DNA of 64,000 bases from a virus, in IMG/VR virus record IMGVR_UViG_3300045988_136773; one strand, 5' to 3'. Numbering within the stretch: position 1 is the stretch's first letter; every line of letters begins with the position of its first letter. The position numbers and the translations under genes are program-made. The notes beneath the pieces were generated by a model. It saw nothing but the letters and a program-made list of their open reading frames with translations, was not told the DNA's origin and made no database searches. Positions 23,584 through 33,027 of this stretch are shown here, one piece after another.

Positions 23584-25341
23584 TCAAAATCCCACGCATA
23601 CAATATATACAAGATATAAAGACATGCCATTTTTTATGCCTGATCTTACAAATTGATATTGTTGTTCTGGACTAATCTTTTTAGTGATGTGTCCAGAACA
23701 ACAATTGCATCTGCCACTTCTGTGTGAACTAACATCGACAGATTTCAGTTCTGAAGACTTTAATTTGATTTCAAGTTTCATAGTTTGACGATCCATTGGA
23801 ATGACATTAATGAAGTCTAGCACAACTCGTGATATATCATTGAGTTCATCAATTGTCATATCGCGGGATTCCGGACCACATATTTCTTGAATATAAGTTT
23901 TTATACGCTTAGCAGGATCTATAATGTCCTCCCCGTTATCAGGATTTTTAAGTGATTCTAATTCTGACTTTGCATCATCAAGCTTTGCATTTAACTCTGA
24001 TGCTTTGTTCGAATACTCAGACTTTGTAATAGCCTCGTCCATATACAAATCTAGAAGTCTGTCCTGCTTTACTTTTAGTTTTTGAATGTTAGATTCCAAT
24101 ACGGCTATTTTTGATTTTCCGGATTCTGTAGTAGTCACAGACTCATAAATTTTCAGGAACTCAGATACCCACTCATCAATATCAGAAATGATACTCTTAT
24201 ACACATCATTTAAAATCTTGTAGATTTCTGATTCCATAAGTGCAAAAGACTTACAGCACGAAGCTGTTTGTCTTTTCTTTTCTCTACAAATCCATTGATA
24301 TATAGGCTTACCTTGACTAACACTATTAGAGTAGCTTGTTCTCCAGTATGTTCCATGCTCACTGCATTTAATTTTACCAGAAAGCGGACTCTGACTTTTT
24401 ATGGATCTGGTTCTAGCTTTAATTGCGGAACTTCGCTCTTTAAATATTACATTACATGCATTCCACTGATCTTCTGACACAATAGCCGGTACGGTTTCAC
24501 CAGTTTCATCCTTATACATGATCCACTCTTCTTCAGGATTAAACCGCTGTGCTTTAGTTCTATAGTCTGTAATAGTCACTTTATTTGCACAATAATAACC
24601 TTTATACTTAGGATTTTGTATAATCCCAGATACTGTATTGTGATGGATCGGGGTTCCATTTCTTCCTAAGTAACCGCGTTTTTCAAGCTCAGTAGCAATG
24701 GATCTTGTACTCCAAGATCCAGTTTCATATAAATTAAAAATCAAGCGAACCATTTCAGCTTCTTTTTCATCAATAATAAGCTTGCAGTTTACTTTTGTAT
24801 ATCCGAAGATACGACTGTTGCCTAACAATCTTCCAGATTCTGCGGCACGTTTATGACCAAATTTAATTCTCTCAGATAGTTTTCGCACCTCATCGGCAGC
24901 AATGCTACTCATAATTGTAAGTCGCAGTTCACTATCTGGATCAATTGTACAGATGTTATCATTTTGAAAAAACACCCCTACACCACATTGGAGCAAATCT
25001 CGTGTATATGTAAGACTATCTATTGTATTTCTTGCAAATCTACTAACCTCTTTAGTAAGTACTAAATCAAACGCTCCGGCTTTTGCATCATCAACCATCT
25101 TTTGAAATTCTACTCTATTTGCAGCAGATTCACCACGGATTCTATCTGCATATCCAGAAACATATGTCCAATTTTTATTTTCTTTAATCATATTTTCAAA
25201 ATGTATAATCTGATTTTCAATAGAATTTTCCTGTTCATCACGTGTTGTCGAAACTCTAGCATAAAATGTTACTCGCAAATTTAAATCAAATATATTTTTC
25301 CTTTGTGTTTGCATTGTGCGTCTAGCTTCATAAATATCCAT
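23584..25341 (-). CDS. large serine recombinase (integrase)
   Basis: N-terminal resolvase motif FYARVSTTRDEQENSIENQ, recombinase domain, Cys-rich zinc-beta-ribbon, coiled coil. Confidence 0.85.
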   Translation of the reverse strand: MDIYEARRTMQTQRKNIFDLNLRVTFYARVSTTRDEQENSIENQIIHFENMIKENKNWTYVSGYADRIRGESAANRVEFQKMVDDAKAGAFDLVLTKEVSRFARNTIDSLTYTRDLLQCGVGVFFQNDNICTIDPDSELRLTIMSSIAADEVRKLSERIKFGHKRAAESGRLLGNSRIFGYTKVNCKLIIDEKEAEMVRLIFNLYETGSWSTRSIATELEKRGYLGRNGTPIHHNTVSGIIQNPKYKGYYCANKVTITDYRTKAQRFNPEEEWIMYKDETGETVPAIVSEDQWNACNVIFKERSSAIKARTRSIKSQSPLSGKIKCSEHGTYWRTSYSNSVSQGKPIYQWICREKKRQTASCCKSFALMESEIYKILNDVYKSIISDIDEWVSEFLKIYESVTTTESGKSKIAVLESNIQKLKVKQDRLLDLYMDEAITKSEYSNKASELNAKLDDAKSELESLKNPDNGEDIIDPAKRIKTYIQEICGPESRDMTIDELNDISRVVLDFINVIPMDRQTMKLEIKLKSSELKSVDVSSHRSGRCNCCSGHITKKISPEQQYQFVRSGIKNGMSLYLVYIVCVGF

Positions 25342-25475
25342 TATTTAAACCTCCAGATTTACTTGCAAGGCATCATTACCTATTGATTATACCATGACAA
25401 TAGTCCTAAGTCAATAGCAAAATCAGCAAACTTTTGACGCTTAAAAATGAAATTGTGTATCCAAATGCTGAAAAC

Positions 25476-25511
25476 AAAGCACCTACAACCAAATATGGCT
25501 GTAGGTGCTTT
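25476..25511 (-). terminator. intrinsic terminator after the small minus-strand gene
   Basis: Stem aaagcacctaca.cc/gg.tgtaggtgcttt; T-rich run on the minus strand. Confidence 0.55.
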
Positions 25512-25513
25512 AA

Positions 25514-25660
25514 TTATAATGTTCTACACTCTAATTTTCGAACAAGTGCATTGTATTGATCTTGCGAAATAGTATTTTTACCAAGAAGAAGCTTTGCCCA
25601 CGCTAAGAACATTAACTTTTTTGCAGCAGACTTTGTATCGTGTTCCAGTTGCTTACTCAT
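25514..25660 (-). CDS. small hypothetical protein (48 aa)
   Basis: Hand-read MSKQLEHDTKSAAKKLMFLAWAKLLLGKNTISQDQYNALVRKLECRTL; strong RBS aggaggtt. Confidence 0.55.
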   Translation of the reverse strand: MSKQLEHDTKSAAKKLMFLAWAKLLLGKNTISQDQYNALVRKLECRTL

Positions 25661-25746
25661 AAGTTATTAAACCTCCTGTTGATACTCAAAATGTAATTTT
25701 AGTATTGACTAGATACAAGGTAATATTCGGTAAATATCATGCATAC

Positions 25747-28584
25747 TTACATTGATTGCTTCAATAGAACATCAGCAATACCGCTCATGACATAGTTTAC
25801 ACAAGGTAGTGCAACACTATTTCCCAAAGCCTTATATCTTGCACAGTCAGATTCTTCAGCAGTCCAGTTATCTGGGAATCCTTGTAGGCGTTCACACTCT
25901 AATGGAGTTAGTCTACGGACAACCGATTTATAGTCACATGGATCAGCTACTAATGATTCACTTCCGTCACCATAAAATCCACCTTGGCATGTTAATGTTG
26001 CAAACGTATCACTAGCATCATTAAAATCTGCAAATCCTGACTGTGAAAATACCTCTTTCGATTCCAATATATAAGGTGTATTACCGCCGCCTGTTCCCAT
26101 TTTTGCATTCAATGTCTGACATACATTATCTTTAGATATAGTCAATCTAGAATCCTGTGGGTGATTGTCAATCAGAACTGCGATATTCTGATATGCTGTA
26201 AGTGTAGATGACATATCTTCATCATATGGAAGAGTAGCCATTTTTGCACCCTGTTGGAACTTAAATGCCGCTACATACGGGTGTTTACTGTACTGTAAAA
26301 CAGCTTGGTACCCTTGTCCAGGCTTTCCTCTGCTACACTGTAAAGCACCAGTATGATCTCCAAGCCATACAGCACCATCTTGATTTTCTTTTATGCTATA
26401 TGCAACAGCAGGTCTGTCTATAGTATTTAATGTGTAGCAATAATCTTCTTTCCAACCTTTTCCGTTGCATCCAGCTGTATCTGCACGATCTATACCATTT
26501 CCCTGCAAACAATAGACAGTATCAACTACAACATTTCCACCTTGATTACATGTTGGGTTTGTACCAGATGTATCAATCGTTTTTGCAATATCTGTTTTAT
26601 ATATTCCGCTATCAGGATTATCTGATTTCATTGCATTTGATGTAAAACTACAAATTCCGTAGACAGATTTATCTGAATTTAACTCTTGTCCTGCTGGTTC
26701 AAACTGGTTTGAATCTGATACTCTAGTGCTATTTTCAACTTCTCTGGAAGAATTTTCCCACGGCGTTTGGCTCTGCGGATGATTCCCTCGCAAGCTTTCT
26801 GACTTAAATAATATTTCGCTTGCACATTGTCCTCTAAGATCAACGACAAGGAAGATTCTACGTCTGCGTTGGGGGACTCCCCAATATTGAGCGTCGAGAG
26901 TTCTCCAGGCGATGGAATCGGATTTACCCAGAATTTCTCCTGACTTTGTCCATTTCTCAGGTCTAGCCGCAGGAAGTTTTTCCGAAATGAGTCCACAGAA
27001 TTCTTCGAGGACACATTGGAAGTCGTCTCCGTTGTTGCTACTGATTGCGGCTGAGACGTTTTCCCAAACAATGATTTTTGGATACTCATGATTAGTTACC
27101 TCCAACATTTCTTTAATAACTCGAATCTGTTCCATAAATAATCCGCTTCGAGTAAGTTCAAGATCTATACCGCATTTAGGGCATACCTTTACATCACCAT
27201 TTGCACTAAATGATTCTCCACATTCTGGGCAGTATAGTTTGATGCCACCCTGATTTCCGGCCACGGATAAATCTTGGCAGTTATGAACGACAATACTGTC
27301 TGCAATATAACTCTCATCTTCTTCAACTGAGATATTATATACAGTTTTGATTTCACCAGTTTTTATAACATTTCTGCACTTATACCATTTATGCCCGTTA
27401 TATTCAAGTCCAGTTTTTCTGTTTTTATTATCGTGTACAGCTACGGAATATGTATCATGCTGATTAACAGTTCTTCCTTCAATAACCGTCTTTTCAGGTC
27501 TTTTATAATATGATACGGATGTACTATATCCAAGAGATTCCGCAAGCATTCTGATACCAAGTATAAGCCGTTTACTTATTGATGTCACTTTCATTGATGT
27601 ATCCGACTTTCTCCAGCCGTCTGAGTCCATAATGCCATCAAACAAAATTTCCCTGTATTTATGCGACATAGATAGAGCCCAGCCAGGTATGGTCTTATTG
27701 ATAGCACCTTTACCAAAATTATCAACAAGCCATTTACACAAAACCTGAGATGTAAATTTAACTTTTATAACTGTCCTATCTCGTTCTACGCTGTAATTAT
27801 CGCTCATCTTGGATACTATGTTTATGAGTTCATTTTCTTTATCAGATGAATCACATAAATAGATTGTCCCATAACCTTTACCACTCGGTTTTTCTTTTCT
27901 GAATCCATCTCTTACCCAACCATCACCTATCCAACGTCCAACAAAATACCAAAAATCTTCATTTAGTTCAGGCATAGGTTTTTGATTTAAATTAGAGCTA
28001 TAACCTATTGGAATAATGACAGGTTCAGCAGTAATTGGTGTAGCCCACTGCTTGCTTTCCATATCTATAGCAGATGTCCATTGACCAATATTAACTAGAT
28101 GCTTTTTATATCCTTTGCTGTCTGATATGTTATCCCAAATCCTCTTAATATCAGCACTATAAATAGGATGGTTCGCTGTTGTTTCAATAGTAATATTACC
28201 TTTAAGTAAGTATGTTTCAGCTTGTCTACTACCAGTGGCTGTAACTGGTTTCCATCTTCCTTTATGTGTCAGCACAAGATCTCCAACTTTAATATCTGCG
28301 ATTGGAATATACCCAGCTGCGGTTAAAACCATTGTTTCAGCTGGAAAACAGGGACTACCACCAGTGATGACATCAACAGGCTCTAATTTGTGTCCATCAA
28401 GCTTTGTAATATCACCAACATGTTCCATTTTCGGAAAATGACGTTTTGTAATCCGCATTGGAGCAGGTTCAATCTCTGATGCCCATACAGGATCAAAATT
28501 ATACCAACTGCCAACTAGCTCGAATCCACCTATTCCACTGAATAGCGATCCGAGTTTTATTTTTTGATCTGACAAATAAATCAC
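25747..28584 (-). CDS. DNA (cytosine-5) methyltransferase precursor interrupted by an intein
   Basis: Motif I FSGIGGF; GGSP|C...HN|CQDLSVAG (motif IV split); ENV; QRRRRIF; ...GNSVALP (motif X). Confidence 0.85.
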   Translation of the reverse strand: MIYLSDQKIKLGSLFSGIGGFELVGSWYNFDPVWASEIEPAPMRITKRHFPKMEHVGDITKLDGHKLEPVDVITGGSPCFPAETMVLTAAGYIPIADIKVGDLVLTHKGRWKPVTATGSRQAETYLLKGNITIETTANHPIYSADIKRIWDNISDSKGYKKHLVNIGQWTSAIDMESKQWATPITAEPVIIPIGYSSNLNQKPMPELNEDFWYFVGRWIGDGWVRDGFRKEKPSGKGYGTIYLCDSSDKENELINIVSKMSDNYSVERDRTVIKVKFTSQVLCKWLVDNFGKGAINKTIPGWALSMSHKYREILFDGIMDSDGWRKSDTSMKVTSISKRLILGIRMLAESLGYSTSVSYYKRPEKTVIEGRTVNQHDTYSVAVHDNKNRKTGLEYNGHKWYKCRNVIKTGEIKTVYNISVEEDESYIADSIVVHNCQDLSVAGNQGGIKLYCPECGESFSANGDVKVCPKCGIDLELTRSGLFMEQIRVIKEMLEVTNHEYPKIIVWENVSAAISSNNGDDFQCVLEEFCGLISEKLPAARPEKWTKSGEILGKSDSIAWRTLDAQYWGVPQRRRRIFLVVDLRGQCASEILFKSESLRGNHPQSQTPWENSSREVENSTRVSDSNQFEPAGQELNSDKSVYGICSFTSNAMKSDNPDSGIYKTDIAKTIDTSGTNPTCNQGGNVVVDTVYCLQGNGIDRADTAGCNGKGWKEDYCYTLNTIDRPAVAYSIKENQDGAVWLGDHTGALQCSRGKPGQGYQAVLQYSKHPYVAAFKFQQGAKMATLPYDEDMSSTLTAYQNIAVLIDNHPQDSRLTISKDNVCQTLNAKMGTGGGNTPYILESKEVFSQSGFADFNDASDTFATLTCQGGFYGDGSESLVADPCDYKSVVRRLTPLECERLQGFPDNWTAEESDCARYKALGNSVALPCVNYVMSGIADVLLKQSM
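27280..28350 (-). mobile_element. intein (357 aa) with LAGLIDADG homing-endonuclease domain
   Basis: Begins CFPAETMVLT, ends SIVVHN; +1 residue is the Cys of PCQ. LAGLIDADG-like FVGRWIGDGW and ILFDGIMDSDGW. Confidence 0.8.
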
Positions 28585-28600
28585 CTCAATTATAATAAGT

Positions 28601-28619
28601 CTACATTTACATATAACGA
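28601..28619 (-). promoter_or_regulatory. phage promoter-like motif, copy 8 (tcgttatatgtaaatgtag, minus strand)
   Basis: 17 nt upstream of the intein-MTase start. Confidence 0.5.
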
Positions 28620-28710
28620 TGGAGATTTAGCAACTTGCAATAAATTGCAAAATAGTGAGAATTTGCAAGATTTATTTTATATAAGAAAAATTTTAGATTC
28701 ATCTTTTCAC

Positions 28711-28728
28711 TCGTTAGTATTCGTATAG
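28711..28728 (+). promoter_or_regulatory. phage promoter-like motif, copy 4 (tcgttagtattcgtatag)
   Basis: 20 nt upstream of ATG 28748. Confidence 0.5.
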
Positions 28729-28747
28729 ACTAGCAGAGTAGGTGATT

Positions 28748-29746
28748 ATGATGATCGCAATCAAACAGCAATCTTTAAAAGGTATGACATTCATAGATCT
28801 ATTTGCCGGACTAGGTGGTTTCAGACTGGCATTGGAATCACTGGGGGCAAAGTGTGTTTATTCCAATGAATGGAACAAGGTTGTTCAAAAGGTATATGCC
28901 GAAAATTTTGGAGATACTCCAGAGGGGGACATTACAAAGGTAGATGAAAAAACGATTCCGGAACATGATATTCTATGTGCCGGATTTCCATGTCAGGCTT
29001 TTTCTATCAGCGGCAAACAACGAGGATTCGAAGACAGCCGTGGGACTTTATTTTTCGATGTTGCAAGAATCGTAAAAGAAAAGAAGCCAAAAATCGTTTT
29101 TATGGAAAATGTGAAAAATTTTGCTACCCATGACAAAGGACATACCTTAGAAGTAGTAAAAAGGACTATGGAAGAACTGGGGTACACTTTCTATCAAAAA
29201 GTCCTCAATGCGGTAGACTATGACATTCCGCAAAGACGGGAGAGAATCTATATGGTTTGCTTTCGAAATGATTTGTCTATTAAAAACTTCACATATCCCA
29301 AGCCAATTCCCTTGTCACATCATGTAGAGGATTTTTTATTAAACGATGAGAAACTCGTAGAATCGCTCTATATCAATCGTCCGGATACATATTTTCAAAG
29401 TATAAGCGATGACAAATATAGTAATCAGTCCATTCGACTAGGGATTGTCAACAAAGGTGGTCAAGGTGAACGCATTTACAGCACAAAAGGAATTGCAATT
29501 ACATTATCCGCATACGGCGGCGGCGTTTTTTCTAAAACCGGAGGATATCTGGTTCATGGAAAAACCAGAAAGCTGCACCCTCGTGAATGTGCAAGAATCA
29601 TGGGTTATCCTGACACTTACAAAATTTGCAAAAGTGCGAATCAGGCATATCAACAGTTCGGAAATTCCGTGGTTATTGATGTTTTGCAATTTGTAGCAAT
29701 TGAGATCGGAAAAGCATTAAAATTAACCGCACAACAAGATCAATAA
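28748..29746 (+). CDS. DNA (cytosine-5) methyltransferase
   Basis: FAGLGGF (I), GFPCQAFS (IV), ENV (VI), QRRERIY (VIII), QFGNSV (X). Confidence 0.85.
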   Translation: MMIAIKQQSLKGMTFIDLFAGLGGFRLALESLGAKCVYSNEWNKVVQKVYAENFGDTPEGDITKVDEKTIPEHDILCAGFPCQAFSISGKQRGFEDSRGTLFFDVARIVKEKKPKIVFMENVKNFATHDKGHTLEVVKRTMEELGYTFYQKVLNAVDYDIPQRRERIYMVCFRNDLSIKNFTYPKPIPLSHHVEDFLLNDEKLVESLYINRPDTYFQSISDDKYSNQSIRLGIVNKGGQGERIYSTKGIAITLSAYGGGVFSKTGGYLVHGKTRKLHPRECARIMGYPDTYKICKSANQAYQQFGNSVVIDVLQFVAIEIGKALKLTAQQDQ

Positions 29747-29752
29747 TCTTCA

Positions 29753-29770
29753 TCGTTATATACAGTGTAG
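29753..29770 (+). promoter_or_regulatory. phage promoter-like motif, copy 5 (tcgttatatacagtgtag)
   Basis: 34 nt upstream of ATG 29804. Confidence 0.5.
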
Positions 29771-29803
29771 GTAAGTCGCACCTATTACTTGGAGGTAAAT
29801 AGT

Positions 29804-30106
29804 ATGAACGAAATTGAAAAGGTAAAAGTACTGCACATTTGGGAATCGACTTTTGACATCTACCCATGGTCCGAAGTACTTCCGGAAGTCACAGGCAATC
29901 CAATTGACGTAGTGGTTAGTGGACTACAAAAGTATCAAACAGAGCAAATCCCAAAGCCTAAGTGCAGAACTGTTGGTTACACTGCGTGGGAATGGCTCAT
30001 GCATTGGAGAAAAACTTTGAAGCGGACTGTAATCAAGTCTACACCGGATGAGTCAATGACAGAGTACAGAAGGATGTTGGATTTTCGAACGCTAAATAAT
30101 AAATGA
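29804..30106 (+). CDS. hypothetical protein
   Basis: ATG 29804 follows ggaggt. Confidence 0.6.
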   Translation: MNEIEKVKVLHIWESTFDIYPWSEVLPEVTGNPIDVVVSGLQKYQTEQIPKPKCRTVGYTAWEWLMHWRKTLKRTVIKSTPDESMTEYRRMLDFRTLNNK

Positions 30107-30215
30107 ATTACAACATGGACTTATAGAAATTAAACTATGCTAAGGAGATGATTTACATTGGCCAGATGCTTTTGTGATTGCAGTGATACAGAATTGAAAG
30201 TAGAGGATTAGTATA

Positions 30216-30410
30216 ATGAAAACTTACATATGTGATTTGTGCCGTCAGAGAATAGCAGACAGACATTATAAGTTCCCCAGCATTATACTCTATCCTAGAA
30301 CTAGACTGGGATGGGTTCAATTCAATGTGTGTGAACACTGCTATGAGGAAACATTAAATCAGTACAAGCTATCACAGCATAAAACTGACAACATAGAGAT
30401 CGAATTATGA
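30216..30410 (+). CDS. small CxxC...CxxC protein, paralog 1
   Basis: MKTYICDLCRQ...VCEHCYEE. Confidence 0.6.
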   Translation: MKTYICDLCRQRIADRHYKFPSIILYPRTRLGWVQFNVCEHCYEETLNQYKLSQHKTDNIEIEL

Positions 30411-30658
30411 AACAGATGTTCTGCGGTATTTGTAGATATCACATCAGGCATGGTAAAAATCTTATGCTTTTACGAATCGATGGTGCTGTTAAACAGATAC
30501 CTGTTTGTAAGAGATGTTGTCAGAACACTATTGAACTAATATCAAAAAAACATAGCATACATAAAATAGAAGTTACGATACCTGGATGTGAGTTTGATAG
30601 TATCAATAAGATACTGGAGGGATATGTATATGACGACATTAGAATGGGCTCAAAATGA
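30407..30658 (+). CDS. small CxxC...CxxCC protein, paralog 2
   Basis: FCGICRY...VCKRCCQN; ATGA overlap with the previous gene. Confidence 0.6.
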   Translation: MKQMFCGICRYHIRHGKNLMLLRIDGAVKQIPVCKRCCQNTIELISKKHSIHKIEVTIPGCEFDSINKILEGYVYDDIRMGSK

Positions 30659-31313
30659 AATTAGACTTACAAAGGCGGCATCTAGTAATGATAATTACTT
30701 TGCATTATGCTGCGACAGTGCTATTAAAGCATTTCAATCACTGATGGATGATGGTCACAGCGGATGTTCCATATCTATAACAATGGATATACTGAATCGT
30801 TTAGCATCAAATAAACCTCTAACACCAATTACAGAAAATGATACATTTAGCAAAACATGCGGATGTCCATATGAGGGTGCAGTGGATTATCAGTGCGACA
30901 GGATGAGCAGTTTGTTCAAAACAGTTCAGTCAGATGGAACTATAAAATATACAGACACTGATAGAATTATTGTATACGATGTTAGTAGTGTAAATCCGAA
31001 CATTGGATTTCATAATGGATTTGTCTCTAGCACCATTCATGAAATGTTTCCGATTGCTCTACCATATACACCTGAGAAATTAAAAGTATACGTTACAGAA
31101 TATCTTACAGATCCGAAAAATGGTGATTTTGATACAATTGGTATGCTCAAAGTTGTGAAGTCGGATGGTATAGAAATTCAAATCAATCGATATTTCAAAG
31201 AAGCTAAGGAAGCCGAATTTACTGAAATCAGTAAAGAAGAGTACGATATACGACGTGACATGGATTACAGACGTATAGTCAAGTGTGCTTATAATGTGCG
31301 TGGTGACAAATGA
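30630..31313 (+). CDS. hypothetical protein
   Basis: ORF-track frame; ATG 30630 lies 8 nt after ggaggg. Confidence 0.55.
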   Translation: MTTLEWAQNEIRLTKAASSNDNYFALCCDSAIKAFQSLMDDGHSGCSISITMDILNRLASNKPLTPITENDTFSKTCGCPYEGAVDYQCDRMSSLFKTVQSDGTIKYTDTDRIIVYDVSSVNPNIGFHNGFVSSTIHEMFPIALPYTPEKLKVYVTEYLTDPKNGDFDTIGMLKVVKSDGIEIQINRYFKEAKEAEFTEISKEEYDIRRDMDYRRIVKCAYNVRGDK

Positions 31314-31585
31314 CAAAATATGTTTTAGAATCTGATGGTACTCATGTATTGCATGAATATTGTGATATATGCGGAGCAGACGTTCAGTATCATGCCCGTG
31401 AATTACACATGTGGAGACCTAGTTACATAGGAAGTAATACAGAGATAATCATGCTATGCAAGAAATGCTGTTCTGATGTAATCAAAACGCTTCAAAGAAA
31501 TAATAAAATAAGCGATGGTCTATTTGACACGGACAAATTAAACGAAATTATGGGTGTTGAAACCGGAGATGATAATTATGAGTGA
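31310..31585 (+). CDS. small CxxC...CxxCC protein, paralog 3
   Basis: YCDICGA...LCKKCCSD. Confidence 0.6.
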   Translation: MTKYVLESDGTHVLHEYCDICGADVQYHARELHMWRPSYIGSNTEIIMLCKKCCSDVIKTLQRNNKISDGLFDTDKLNEIMGVETGDDNYE

Positions 31586-31904
31586 AATTTTTAATGAATC
31601 CATCGAGTATAGTCATAAGGTTGACGAACTGCGAATCAATCGTGTTAAGACATCATTTTATAAGTATGGTTCGGCCAAAGTAAATTTTGGGGACAAGCTA
31701 GTCAATGCTATCGAATCACATGATTTGTGTATTGAGAAATATCAGAAAACTGGTAACACAGAGTATCTGTTGGATGCTATGAACTATCTGATGTTCGAGT
31801 TCATGTACCCTCAGAAGAAAGACGCATATTTCAGAGCGACATCTTCAAGTGAGTCTGCTGGGATTTCTGGCATCAGTCATACTGAGCTAAAAGAAAAGTA
31901 TTGA
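31578..31904 (+). CDS. hypothetical protein
   Basis: ATG 31578 follows ggagatga. Confidence 0.55.
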   Translation: MSEIFNESIEYSHKVDELRINRVKTSFYKYGSAKVNFGDKLVNAIESHDLCIEKYQKTGNTEYLLDAMNYLMFEFMYPQKKDAYFRATSSSESAGISGISHTELKEKY

Positions 31905-31919
31905 TTGGAGTGATGACAC

Positions 31920-32171
31920 ATGAGTATTCAAAAACAAGAAGTTAAAACATATATTTGCGATTTCTGTAATAAACAAATTGACGCACCTATCATGTCAAGA
32001 GTCACATTTGATGCATTCGATGGAACAGCAGGTATTACAATTGGTGGTGAACCGCCTATGCACATGTGTAAGCACTGTGCTACATTAGTACATAGATTGA
32101 TCGATTCATTCTCTAGAGCATACAAAGCAGATGACACAGAAACAAGGTGTGACAATGGGCATTTGGACTAA
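31920..32171 (+). CDS. small CxxC...CxxC protein, paralog 4
   Basis: KTYICDFCNK...MCKHCATL. N-terminus resembles paralog 1. Confidence 0.6.
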   Translation: MSIQKQEVKTYICDFCNKQIDAPIMSRVTFDAFDGTAGITIGGEPPMHMCKHCATLVHRLIDSFSRAYKADDTETRCDNGHLD

Positions 32172-32670
32172 CATACGAGGTACGATATACTGTAGTCCAG
32201 CAGGTGCTACTCCAGAGGAACAAGAGTACATACTAAAAACTGTATTGCGACATCTTCCAAAAGTGAATCCTTATAAAACTCGAAGAGATAATATGTTTGA
32301 AACCTACATTAATCGAATTAATCAACCACAAGGATTTAGACCTTGGGATGAATTTGGAAATGATTCAAATCTAACAGATTACGACGATTACTGCTATAAG
32401 GCATTCAGCTGCGACTACTCATTTGTTATTACGTTGTATGGTATGTTTCGATCGGATAATCAATCTGATGTTCTAAAGCGTTTTGAAAAATGGCTTTGCA
32501 GATTTTCAAAGAGAATACTAGTCGATTATCTGAATATTGATATATGGGAATCTTGGGGAGAATCCAATAACAAAATTAGTATATCAAAATGGGAAGCATA
32601 TCATGATATGTATGATTTTGAAACCAATTGGATAGATAAAATCCGTCCAGCTTACAGCTTTAACAGATAG
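32155..32670 (+). CDS. hypothetical protein
   Basis: ATG 32155 follows aaggtg. Confidence 0.55.
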   Translation: MGIWTNIRGTIYCSPAGATPEEQEYILKTVLRHLPKVNPYKTRRDNMFETYINRINQPQGFRPWDEFGNDSNLTDYDDYCYKAFSCDYSFVITLYGMFRSDNQSDVLKRFEKWLCRFSKRILVDYLNIDIWESWGESNNKISISKWEAYHDMYDFETNWIDKIRPAYSFNR

Positions 32671-32684
32671 GATGTGATGATCGG

Positions 32685-32843
32685 ATGCTTGGTTTTTCAA
32701 TAGGATTTTTAATAACTGGTATACTATTTAATGCACAATCACTTGATGAAAGAAGCCCAACAAAATGTATAGTATATACTGTGGCTGGCATACTCTGCAT
32801 GCTACTGAGTGTAGCAATGTTTATTATACGAAATTATATTTAA
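32685..32843 (+). CDS. small membrane protein (52 aa, 2 TM)
   Basis: Hand-read MLGFSIGFLITGILFN...VAGILCMLLSVAMFIIRNYI. Confidence 0.45.
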   Translation: MLGFSIGFLITGILFNAQSLDERSPTKCIVYTVAGILCMLLSVAMFIIRNYI

Positions 32844-32859
32844 TAAAGGGTGATTTTCG

Positions 32860-33027
32860 ATGATTTCAATCGTACAAGCACTTGCAATTTTAGGTGTTAT
32901 GATTTTCTACGGTGGAATGCTTGCAAAATCAGAAAAGAAATCCATGATAGGTTTCTTTTTCGGAGCATTACTGCTAGGTCTGTCGATAATCATGATTTCA
33001 TTCCATATTGGAGGGTGTAATGTATAA
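32860..33027 (+). CDS. small membrane protein (55 aa, 2 TM)
   Basis: Hand-read MISIVQALAILGVMIFYGGML...GFFFGALLLGLSIIMISFHIGG. Confidence 0.45.
   Translation: MISIVQALAILGVMIFYGGMLAKSEKKSMIGFFFGALLLGLSIIMISFHIGGCNV

Noticed and set aside
26679-27089. 136-aa minus-strand ORF in an alternative frame inside the intein-MTase gene, plus small plus-strand ORFs (25809, 26430, 28235)
   Set aside because: They are fully nested in a gene whose frame carries all the C5-MTase and intein motifs. They have no RBS.
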